A stretch of 64,000 bases of DNA from a virus: positions 1 through 64,000 of the IMG/VR virus record IMGVR_UViG_3300046001_004063; one strand, 5' to 3'. The first letter of the stretch is position 1; each line of letters opens with the position of its first letter. Under the pieces are notes generated by a model that saw nothing but the letters and a program-made list of their open reading frames with translations, searched no databases and had not been told where the DNA came from. A program made the translations under genes and the position numbers. Positions 18,337 through 26,797 of this stretch are shown here, in pieces.

Positions 18337-21300
18337 TCAACTCACAATTGGTAGCACAGTAACATCTGCACCATGGCTGTAGCCATTGTCGGTCAACCAT
18401 TGTGTGGCCACACGGTTAGCATCACGCTGTTGATTGCCTATGCCGGAGAATCGATGCAGTTCATTGCCATCAGAATCTACAATCTTCCAAGCACCTGTAA
18501 ATGTACCTGGTGTGGCTCGTTGTTGTGCTAGGTCTGCGGTGGATCCTGCAGCAGGTGTAGATGCCGTTTCTTCTGCAGGTTCCACTTGATAGTTGCCATC
18601 CCAGTTGTATTCTCTAGCCCACACTGCGGCAAGTTCGTTGGCCTTGGCTCTGGTATTAACTGCAGGACGGAAACGATATACTTCGCGGCCTAACCCGTCA
18701 ATGATTTTCCATTGTCCAGTTGGGCTTGTGGCAGCACGACCTGCGGCTATTGGCATGTCTATATCAACAATTCCCACTCCACCGACGGTACGTATGCCAA
18801 ACATACGTTCAGCCTGACCTCGTTGTAGGCTATGTGGACCGTGTTCAATGTAATCATTCAGGCGAACCAATGCCTCTTCATCATTGGTGATTCCATCAGC
18901 ATCCTCTACTGAGTTGCCAGTTTGTTTGTTGTAAATTTCGTAGCGAACAGTTTTTGCAGATTGTTCATATGGACGCAATGGCTTTGCAGTCATATCATTA
19001 GCTGTGGCCCAATCTGGATATTCTGCACGACCTTTTTCAATGGCTTCTTCTTTGCTGGTAGCAACAACTTCAACACTGGCTCCATATCCAGGACGACCTA
19101 CACTCCACCAGTATTTTTCACCGCCTGTTGGATCTTTCTTCAACTTGCGTTCCAATTGTGCCTGCTTAACAAAACTACGCAAGGCAGCCGCAGGAATCTT
19201 GCCTGCTACGTATTCACTGAAGTACTTGATAGTGTCAGAACCTTTGTTGTCCTGTGTCAACAACTTGTACAGTTTCTTCAAGTATTCTTCGCGATACATT
19301 TCAGGATTCAGTGCCGCACTCATGGCCACTGTGAAACGCAACAGGGTGTTTTCAATTTGATCAAAGTTTTGATCCAACCAATCGCCGCCAGGGCTACGGA
19401 ATTCAATGTGTCCATCTTTGGTGTTGATACTGGTGTACTTGCTGGTCACACCCGAATGAATGGCTTTACTTGCCAAACTATCCAAGTTGCCTTTCATTTT
19501 GTTTAGTAACCGTTCTGCTTCGTCGGGCTTTTGCCGCACCTGATCACGTACCATTTTTATTGCTGGCTTGGCATAGGTATTGCCAGCACGTCCAAACAAG
19601 TCCAGTACATACTCATCGCCCATCAGCAGGGCTAACTTTACAAAGTCCAAGTTCTCTCTGCTGTAGTTGGGCACAGATATGTTGATGTGCAGGCCTGTTG
19701 AATCATTGGTGTAGCAACCATATACCTTGGCCCACTTTTTAACCTTGTTCAAGTCACTTAATATATCGTCAATGGGCAAGGGTGGGCTCACAAACTCCAG
19801 GCCTACATCATCGCTGTCATCGGCTTCTAAACTGCCATCAGGTTCCACAATATAATGTTGTGCAGTAGGGCTAGGTCTTGTTACCCCGCCACTGTGGTAG
19901 TTGCCGCTGGCTCGAACGTCACGTCCTATTGCATCTTGGAATTCGTTAGCAACATCTTCGATACTGGCTTCGCCACCACCCTGTTGTTCAAAATGGGGCC
20001 AACTCATGTTGTATTCACGTTCAATGTCTGACATGCGATTCAAATCTCGATCTTCTAGCCATTCTGATTCTAGGTCTGCATTCTGATTAAAATCTTCTTG
20101 TGCAGATTCACGTGCCGCATCGTACCAATAGTTGCCATAGCTTTCTTCTATTACTTTTTCTGTGGCATCGCGATATGCTTGTTTGTCTGCTACATATTCG
20201 CCGTCTACGCCGGGCTCTGTGCCTAGTATTTCTGCAATTTCATCTGCACTGGCGTTTTCTTTAAGGTAATTGTAGACAAATTCTGATTCGTCGCCGTCCC
20301 ATCGAGTATCAAACGACTCACTTAACCATTCGTAGTATTCATCCTGCATCCGGTCACGCAGTCTAGTGACATCGCCGCGGCTGTTGTAATCGCCATCGTA
20401 GAAGAAATCATAAGCCTCCTGTATGCTACTAACACCTTCATCGTAACTGTAATCTGCTTCCATTTGACCGTCGTCATCGCCGCCTTCAACATTGGGCACA
20501 ATCATTTCAAATTCCATGCCGGCAATGGCACCGGTCTTGGCAGCTTCGCGACGTAGGCTGCCTGTGCTCATGTTGATTTCAAACAGCATGTCATCAATGC
20601 CTTCGGCAATTAAATCTTCATCAGTTTTGGGTTGATGTTTGTCTGTGACATCTTCGCCACCTTCTACATCAGGATCGATGTCGTGTGTTTTTAGTCCCAG
20701 GCGTTTGAACTGTTTCAAGTAGCCCTGTTCTGCTTCATCGCTGGGGAAAACAACAACTGTTTGTGGTGGACCTTGATTGTAATTTTCCGGTTTGGCATCA
20801 TCCAAGTCAGATATGTCCATGCCCAACTGATACCAGTCAGTCAGGTCTTTAACATCAATTTTGGTTGTGCCTGCGGGAAATTGTGGTGGAAACTCTGGAC
20901 CTGTTGCTTCTTGATTGCCCAGTTCATCTTCACGTTCTCCGGGCACTTGACTCAAGGGTGTGGAGTTGTATCCATAACTTTTGTTGGACGTACGGCCAGT
21001 TTCTTTAAACTCGCGCAGTGCATTGGCCAAGCCGGTCATTAACAAGCCCGGATGTCCTTGACTGTCAGTTTTTAATCCCAACTTGTTTGCTTCTTTACCC
21101 ACTGCACCCGGACGCACATCTTGTGTCAGAGCCATGCTAAAGCGTGGGTCTCGAGCCTGCTTCTTTGTGGGAATGTATCCTGATGCTTCTGCTAACTCAT
21201 CTGCTTGCCCGGCAGCAAAATGTTCCGGGTGTAGTTTGGCATAGTCACGCATGAGTACGCCGGCACGAGCATTGGCTTCGTTTTCGTATGGACTGCCAGT

Positions 21301-22401
21301 TTCCCCTGCATCTGGTCCCATATCACTGCCATCACGTTCGTGTTGATGCTTGTGTGTGAGTTCATGAGCCACTGTGCGCAACACATCCATGATGTGTCGC
21401 TGACCCCAGGCCACTTCTAACATTTTTTCATCGTCGTTATACCGGCCAAATGTTTTGTGCCGCACAGGCCATTGTGGATCCTTGCGCAAGCGAATGCGTG
21501 GCATCTGTTCAATCGTTAATTCTGCAACACAAAACTCCACAAAGTCTGTAAGTATGTCTTCGTCTGATTTGGGTTCTTCATTCAAGAACATCTGTGTTGT
21601 GGGACTTACTCCGTCCCATGAAGCGCCAACATCTTCTGTGGCTTTGAATCCGTAGGTGAATCTAAATGGTTTATCAATTTCAATCGTGCGTTCTTTAAGA
21701 CTCAGTGCTCGATCTTTGGCAGCGGTTCTGGCATCATACAGTTTTTGTATCACACCCTGCGACCGCAACATCTTGTACGCAATGTTTTCTGGACCCAGTT
21801 CACCGTGCTGATCAAGACCAGCTTGACGCATCTTTTTAATCTTGGCAGCAGTGTTGGTCAAGCGTTTTAGACTGCCAGATTTTACTGCTGATTCAATGCG
21901 ATGTTTGATCACATCGTACTTGCTCTTTACCGCAGTGTCGTTTACTGTGGAACGTTTCTTAAGTGGAATGTTGATCCAGTCGTTGTTCAGCACACTGAAT
22001 ATGCCTTGACTGACTGCTGATTTGTTGGCGTTTTCCACATAGAGTTCTACATCGTAGCCACCAATTTTAATATTGTGTGTTTCGTTGTACTGAAACTTTT
22101 TAGCATCAAACAGCTCGCGATACACTTCACTCACATCTGCTTCAGGCAAATCAACTACCAGGTGCAGGTCAATATCACTATGTGGAGTATATGTATAACC
22201 AGCATTGCTGCCGGACAAGGTAATGTCTTTGAGGTTTAGATCTGTAAGTCCAAGACTCTGTTTAAAGTCTTCGGCAATTTGTAACAGTTTAGCCCGCACC
22301 TGTGGGCGCATTTTATTAGCCTGCCAGATACGTGGATTTAACTGTTCGTTGAATTTCACAGCGTCGGCGAGGTTATAGGAATCTAATTCAGAAATATTCA
22401 T
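18337..22401 (-). CDS. Polyvalent protein: Pol-beta-type nucleotidyltransferase + zincin-like peptidase + COOH-NH2 amidoligase + C-terminal repeats (start moved to 22401)
   Basis: GSNAGY...SDIDLH...VELYVE (NTase); AHELTH...ENEAN (HExxH); GMEFE...EPDGSL...GLEFVSP...TGLHINIS...IEFRSPGG (amidoligase); TAAATA before ATG 22401. Confidence 0.8.
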   Translation of the reverse strand: MNISELDSYNLADAVKFNEQLNPRIWQANKMRPQVRAKLLQIAEDFKQSLGLTDLNLKDITLSGSNAGYTYTPHSDIDLHLVVDLPEADVSEVYRELFDAKKFQYNETHNIKIGGYDVELYVENANKSAVSQGIFSVLNNDWINIPLKKRSTVNDTAVKSKYDVIKHRIESAVKSGSLKRLTNTAAKIKKMRQAGLDQHGELGPENIAYKMLRSQGVIQKLYDARTAAKDRALSLKERTIEIDKPFRFTYGFKATEDVGASWDGVSPTTQMFLNEEPKSDEDILTDFVEFCVAELTIEQMPRIRLRKDPQWPVRHKTFGRYNDDEKMLEVAWGQRHIMDVLRTVAHELTHKHQHERDGSDMGPDAGETGSPYENEANARAGVLMRDYAKLHPEHFAAGQADELAEASGYIPTKKQARDPRFSMALTQDVRPGAVGKEANKLGLKTDSQGHPGLLMTGLANALREFKETGRTSNKSYGYNSTPLSQVPGEREDELGNQEATGPEFPPQFPAGTTKIDVKDLTDWYQLGMDISDLDDAKPENYNQGPPQTVVVFPSDEAEQGYLKQFKRLGLKTHDIDPDVEGGEDVTDKHQPKTDEDLIAEGIDDMLFEINMSTGSLRREAAKTGAIAGMEFEMIVPNVEGGDDDGQMEADYSYDEGVSSIQEAYDFFYDGDYNSRGDVTRLRDRMQDEYYEWLSESFDTRWDGDESEFVYNYLKENASADEIAEILGTEPGVDGEYVADKQAYRDATEKVIEESYGNYWYDAARESAQEDFNQNADLESEWLEDRDLNRMSDIEREYNMSWPHFEQQGGGEASIEDVANEFQDAIGRDVRASGNYHSGGVTRPSPTAQHYIVEPDGSLEADDSDDVGLEFVSPPLPIDDILSDLNKVKKWAKVYGCYTNDSTGLHINISVPNYSRENLDFVKLALLMGDEYVLDLFGRAGNTYAKPAIKMVRDQVRQKPDEAERLLNKMKGNLDSLASKAIHSGVTSKYTSINTKDGHIEFRSPGGDWLDQNFDQIENTLLRFTVAMSAALNPEMYREEYLKKLYKLLTQDNKGSDTIKYFSEYVAGKIPAAALRSFVKQAQLERKLKKDPTGGEKYWWSVGRPGYGASVEVVATSKEEAIEKGRAEYPDWATANDMTAKPLRPYEQSAKTVRYEIYNKQTGNSVEDADGITNDEEALVRLNDYIEHGPHSLQRGQAERMFGIRTVGGVGIVDIDMPIAAGRAATSPTGQWKIIDGLGREVYRFRPAVNTRAKANELAAVWAREYNWDGNYQVEPAEETASTPAAGSTADLAQQRATPGTFTGAWKIVDSDGNELHRFSGIGNQQRDANRVATQWLTDNGYSHGADVTVLPIVS

Positions 22402-22423
22402 GATTGTAATATTTAGCGCAAAT

Positions 22424-22451
22424 AAAAAAGCCACTGGGTAAAGTGGCTTTT
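22424..22451. terminator. Intrinsic terminator (possibly bidirectional)
   Basis: AAAAAAGCCACT-gggtaa-AGTGGCTTTT hairpin with A/T tracts on both sides. Confidence 0.75.
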
Positions 22452-22474
22452 GGATTGGCTATTAAACTAGCAGT

Positions 22475-23380
22475 TTATTTCTTTTTACTGGCTTTTTTAC
22501 TCGATGCCAACACTTTAGTTTCGGCTGGCGCAGGCACGGCAGCGGCTCTAGCGGCAGCCTGTCTTGCTTCCACCATTGGCGTAACATCAGTGATCAGTTT
22601 CTCTTGTGCTTCGTGAGCAAATGTGTACGTGCCGGTGTGACGCAATAAAACACGTTTGTCAACCCAAACCCGACCGCCCAAGTCACGCCAGTTTTCACAG
22701 AATGTCCAGTCTTCCGAATAGTAGCGATTTTCACGCACTGCTGTGTCAAAGTAGGTTTTCATGTAGGGATTGAGTTCTACTGGCAGGCCAATGTCGTTGA
22801 TAAACGGCTTGGTTGCAGGGTGTGCATTCAACTTGTCAAACACATGACGCTTGACCAAGAAGAAGCCTGTGCCTGTTTTAGACACTTCTTGTAAGCCGTC
22901 AGCGCCTTCTTCTGCACCGTCAAATCCGTTGACGCACCACTTGATTGGAAGTGACTTCATTGGGTACAATCCGCCAATAACATCCACGTCACGATTTAAC
23001 ATGACCAACAGGTGCCATGGCTCCCAGCCAATGTCCGCATCAACGAACATCAAGTGTGTTGAATCAGGATTGGCCAAGAACTTGGCAACCATTGTATTAC
23101 GAGCACGACTGATCAAACTTTCGTTTGTGAGTGTTTCCATGGTCCAATCAATGCCCAATTGACGTGCAGTATTTGACCATTTGATGTAGCTCATAAACGT
23201 TGACTCAGTCAACATACCGCCATAACATGGCATACAAATGTGAACACGGGTGGTTTTCAAGTAGTCAACATTTACTTGAATTTGTTGTTGTTGCCCGCCC
23301 ACTTGTTGTGGTGTTGAGGGTGTTTCTGTGGTGGGTACAACATCTGGCATTTTGCCGGTTACGTTTTGTTCGTCAGCCAT
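22475..23380 (-). CDS. GT-A fold glycosyltransferase-like protein
   Basis: ICMPCYGG, ESLISRARN, LMFVDADI (DxD), GTGFFLVKR, SEDWTFC, H.G. Confidence 0.8.
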   Translation of the reverse strand: MADEQNVTGKMPDVVPTTETPSTPQQVGGQQQQIQVNVDYLKTTRVHICMPCYGGMLTESTFMSYIKWSNTARQLGIDWTMETLTNESLISRARNTMVAKFLANPDSTHLMFVDADIGWEPWHLLVMLNRDVDVIGGLYPMKSLPIKWCVNGFDGAEEGADGLQEVSKTGTGFFLVKRHVFDKLNAHPATKPFINDIGLPVELNPYMKTYFDTAVRENRYYSEDWTFCENWRDLGGRVWVDKRVLLRHTGTYTFAHEAQEKLITDVTPMVEARQAAARAAAVPAPAETKVLASSKKASKKK

Positions 23381-23443
23381 ATTTTCCTTAAAAAGTTAGT
23401 CAGATATTTACTAACTTTGCTTGCGGGTGTGATTTTTTTGAGG

Positions 23444-24334
23444 TTAAATTTCTACTGTGATTAATTCAAATTCGTCAGCACGATCTTCGTAGCCAACATA
23501 ACCACGTGGGTTACACACGATACGTGTAGAACCAATCCGGTAGTCAAACGGGTGATGTGTATGTCCGTGTGTCCACAGCCGGATCTGCGGATGATCCAGG
23601 ATATAATCATTCATATCACTACTGTAGCCGCCGTTCATGATTACATCATCTGCATAGCGTGGATGTGTGCTTAACTTGCTGGGACTATGATGTCCACAAA
23701 CTACAAACTTCTGTTCTGGGTTGCCTTCGATGATTTGCTGAATATAGCCTCGGAATTTTACATGTTCTTCCATGGCATCTTCGGGACTAAACTTTGCAGT
23801 ACGAGTCTTGAAGATGGGTTTTTCACGGTTGTCTACTCCGTTGATTTGCTCATAGTTCTTGTAGTTTACAACTCGGTTGGAGTTTTCAACACAGCGGAAG
23901 TCGTTCATCATGCTGGTCATGTGATACAGAGTTATTCCGTCACCGTTGTTCATGTCTGTCCACAGTGTGCCGCCAATAAAGGTAACATCACCAATGATTC
24001 GAATTTCTTTTTCCAACAGGTACACATTTGGCAAGTAACTGAGTACGTCTTTTAAGTGCGTTTCTGTGCGAGCAAAGTCACCGTTGTAGTGCTCGTGGTT
24101 GCCCATGATGTAAATCACATGCGGGAACTGTGCAGAACATCTTTGCATAAAATCGTGATAACGATTACTTCGGTAATCTGGACCCATGATTCCGTGTGGA
24201 TCACGTTGCGTTATATCCTTGGCCACAAGAATATCACCAGATAGAATCAATACTTCTGCGTTGTTGTTGTTGGTTAGATCTAAGTCACCAAATTCTAGGT
24301 GAACATCACTTGCTATTGCTATCTTCATACTCAA
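23444..24334 (-). CDS. Calcineurin-like metallophosphoesterase
   Basis: SDVHLE, GDI, GNHE, HH, HGHTH, NPRGY. Confidence 0.92.
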   Translation of the reverse strand: MSMKIAIASDVHLEFGDLDLTNNNNAEVLILSGDILVAKDITQRDPHGIMGPDYRSNRYHDFMQRCSAQFPHVIYIMGNHEHYNGDFARTETHLKDVLSYLPNVYLLEKEIRIIGDVTFIGGTLWTDMNNGDGITLYHMTSMMNDFRCVENSNRVVNYKNYEQINGVDNREKPIFKTRTAKFSPEDAMEEHVKFRGYIQQIIEGNPEQKFVVCGHHSPSKLSTHPRYADDVIMNGGYSSDMNDYILDHPQIRLWTHGHTHHPFDYRIGSTRIVCNPRGYVGYEDRADEFELITVEI

Positions 24335-24346
24335 TACTCCGAGCGA

Positions 24347-25102
24347 TTAGCGATTATATGTTTTTTCGTCTATATAATCAGGGTTGATGTGTGTAAAGTC
24401 AGCGTCAATGCTGTTTACTTGTTTTTCTAATTGTAACACATTCTCCAGCCACTCCACAACCTTGACATTGCCGATCTGACGCGATTCGCGAATATAATTT
24501 TGGGCTTGCTCAGAAATGCCCAATTTCTTATCAAACACTGCACGAATTGCCGAATCTGGTTGACCATACAAGTCAGCAATCACTTGATCTTTGTCACGGT
24601 CGTTGCCTTTGAGATACATTTTGCGTATTTCGGATGCAGAGTTAGCATCAACGCCATTTACTTTAAAGTTGATAGTGGGAGTGATCACAACGTAGCCATG
24701 TTTGGTCATGGGCTTTATTGACTTTTTATTCTTGGGCAATGGTTGTAGATAACCTAGGGAGCCATCTTTTTTAGGAGCAAAATTAAAACGTTCGGCATCC
24801 TTGGCGCTTACAGCAAATATCAGCACTGTATTTTTCTTTTCTTCATCAGGGATAGCACTGGTAATTTCAACAGCTTGATATGGATTTTTTACGTTGACAA
24901 TGCGACCAGCCGGAATACCCAGTTTAGTCATCATCATTACTTTATCAGAATAACTAAAAGGACTGGTAACAGGTGCTTGTACACCACTGGTAGCAATAAA
25001 AATGCTGTCGTTGCTAAACTGTTTGTTCAGCCAATCATAACTGGCCTTATGGCCTTTATGGAATGGGTGGAAACGTCCTGGGTAGATTACTAGATAATTC
25101 AT
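24347..25102 (-). CDS. HxGH (cytidylyltransferase-like) nucleotidyltransferase
   Basis: YPGRFHPFHKGH; SASEIR; C-terminal DYIDE. Confidence 0.8.
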   Translation of the reverse strand: MNYLVIYPGRFHPFHKGHKASYDWLNKQFSNDSIFIATSGVQAPVTSPFSYSDKVMMMTKLGIPAGRIVNVKNPYQAVEITSAIPDEEKKNTVLIFAVSAKDAERFNFAPKKDGSLGYLQPLPKNKKSIKPMTKHGYVVITPTINFKVNGVDANSASEIRKMYLKGNDRDKDQVIADLYGQPDSAIRAVFDKKLGISEQAQNYIRESRQIGNVKVVEWLENVLQLEKQVNSIDADFTHINPDYIDEKTYNR

Positions 25103-25118
25103 TATAGCATATTTATGC

Positions 25119-25553
25119 TTACATGTTTTCTAGTAGCCACAGGTAAATTGGTGTTGTAAACCGTAAACTCACATGGCCATTGCAGCCCATATCGCCGTAA
25201 AATTTGTCTTCAACAGGTGCTTGTGATCCGTTAAAACTGTGATGATACACACTTTGGTCAACAAACACCTGTCCTAATTTAATGTCGTCAAATGCAATAT
25301 TAGCAATGGACAACATTGCATCTTTGGTAATATTACCGTTGTCGTCTATAACGGTGTGCTCCGGAGTTTTATTTTTCATCACGAACTTAAACTCATGTTC
25401 GCCGTCGTCGTCGAGAATTTCTAAACTCACAGGAGTTAGGTTGTTTACGTGGTCGATTGAAAGGAGTGAAACATTGTCTAGTACCACTTCAAACCCCAGA
25501 GCAGAAGTGTAGTCAGAGGAAGTGAGGTCAAATGTTACTGTTATTTTATCCAT
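25119..25553 (-). CDS. Hypothetical protein
   Basis: 144 aa ORF; C-terminal GDMGCNG...FTTPIYLWLLENM. Confidence 0.7.
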   Translation of the reverse strand: MDKITVTFDLTSSDYTSALGFEVVLDNVSLLSIDHVNNLTPVSLEILDDDGEHEFKFVMKNKTPEHTVIDDNGNITKDAMLSIANIAFDDIKLGQVFVDQSVYHHSFNGSQAPVEDKFYGDMGCNGHVSLRFTTPIYLWLLENM

Positions 25554-25562
25554 GATAATGCC

Positions 25563-25946
25563 TTAGTATGAAACTGAAACGTTGTTGATGTAAGCAGGGT
25601 TATTGTCGTATTCTTCAAAACTGGTTACCACTGCTTTTAACCAGGAAAAATTGCCGGTTAAATTAACAGGGTATCTAAAGTCTGTTGCTGGTGTAGATCC
25701 ATCACCGTATTCAAACACATCGAACCAGTTGGCGTCTGCGGGATCAAAATCCAAGGTTGCTTGCAAAGTTATCTTGCCCGGAAAGTTATCAACAGTAATA
25801 AACACAGTTTCTAAACTGCCTTGTCCTTGATAATAGCCCACTGCTTTAACAGGATTGCTTTCAAAGTCAACAGTACTACCATCATAGTTGCCGCTGGGAG
25901 TGCCGGTCACTAGGTCGCTTAATAATGTCAACGTTGTGATAGTCAT
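25563..25946 (-). CDS. Hypothetical beta-rich protein (possibly structural)
   Basis: 127 aa; G.ITLQATL...WFDV...GNFSWLKA. Confidence 0.65.
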   Translation of the reverse strand: MTITTLTLLSDLVTGTPSGNYDGSTVDFESNPVKAVGYYQGQGSLETVFITVDNFPGKITLQATLDFDPADANWFDVFEYGDGSTPATDFRYPVNLTGNFSWLKAVVTSFEEYDNNPAYINNVSVSY

Positions 25947-25947
25947 G

Positions 25948-26112
25948 TTATGCTCGTTCCGCTTCTACAACAACCCCTGCACCAGCAAGTTCTTCTGCTA
26001 CACTTTGTAGTGCTGTAACAATGTCTGCTGTGGCAATTTCGATGCCAGCATCTGTATCTTTGACCAATTTTGATAGTTTGATCACAACTATTTCTTCGTG
26101 TATTTTTGCCAT
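25948..26112 (-). CDS. 54-aa hypothetical protein (not in ORF track)
   Basis: MAKIHEEIVVIKLSKLVKD...GVVVEAERA fills the gap; TAAGTA 7 nt upstream. Confidence 0.7.
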   Translation of the reverse strand: MAKIHEEIVVIKLSKLVKDTDAGIEIATADIVTALQSVAEELAGAGVVVEAERA

Positions 26113-26122
26113 AGTATATTAC

Positions 26123-26797
26123 TTATGATTTTATGATCTGAATTGTGTTTTTTATCAAGCCGGGATATACCAAACTCAACATGGTCATCCAGCCAGTGTC
26201 CGTGTGATCCACAAAATAGTAAGATTCAGTCCAGCCTCGCCAATTAGTGTGCAATGTCCAGTCCCGTAACCCAGGGCTTAGTCTGATACCTTCTTGCTTT
26301 TTCAACAAGTTGCTGATTGATCGTTTTTGCTGTTCGTTTACCACCACTGATCTCAAGTAGGTGCGATGCGTGTATGCAGATTCTTTAAGACAGATAGTGT
26401 CTCTGGGACGATCAATCACTGCTTGTGTGTAGGTTAGATAACTGAGCCCTGACACTGTGTCTGTTATTTCAGAGAACAGTTCGGGATCATTGGTGTACAC
26501 ACGTACTTGATTGTATTCTATCACCACTTTGTGTTGATGTTTGGTGTTGATCAACACATCACACATGCTGTGTAAATTTTTTACCGCGTCATCTGTGATG
26601 GCTCGGTTTGCAGAATAGTAATCTTGTAGTTTGTTTACCCACTCTCTACGTACTGATACAACGTGATCAATTGCGTCATGGTCAAGTTTACGCAGGCAAC
26701 CTGCTTCTCGCAACCGGCCGTACATGCAGTATCGATATTGATCGTAAAACAACCGATCTTTACTTACATCATTGAATGTTGGGATTGAATTGGTCAA
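26123..26797 (-). CDS. Hypothetical protein
   Basis: 224 aa ORF overlapping the end of the Clp ATPase; exact start uncertain. Confidence 0.6.
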   Translation of the reverse strand: MTNSIPTFNDVSKDRLFYDQYRYCMYGRLREAGCLRKLDHDAIDHVVSVRREWVNKLQDYYSANRAITDDAVKNLHSMCDVLINTKHQHKVVIEYNQVRVYTNDPELFSEITDTVSGLSYLTYTQAVIDRPRDTICLKESAYTHRTYLRSVVVNEQQKRSISNLLKKQEGIRLSPGLRDWTLHTNWRGWTESYYFVDHTDTGWMTMLSLVYPGLIKNTIQIIKS

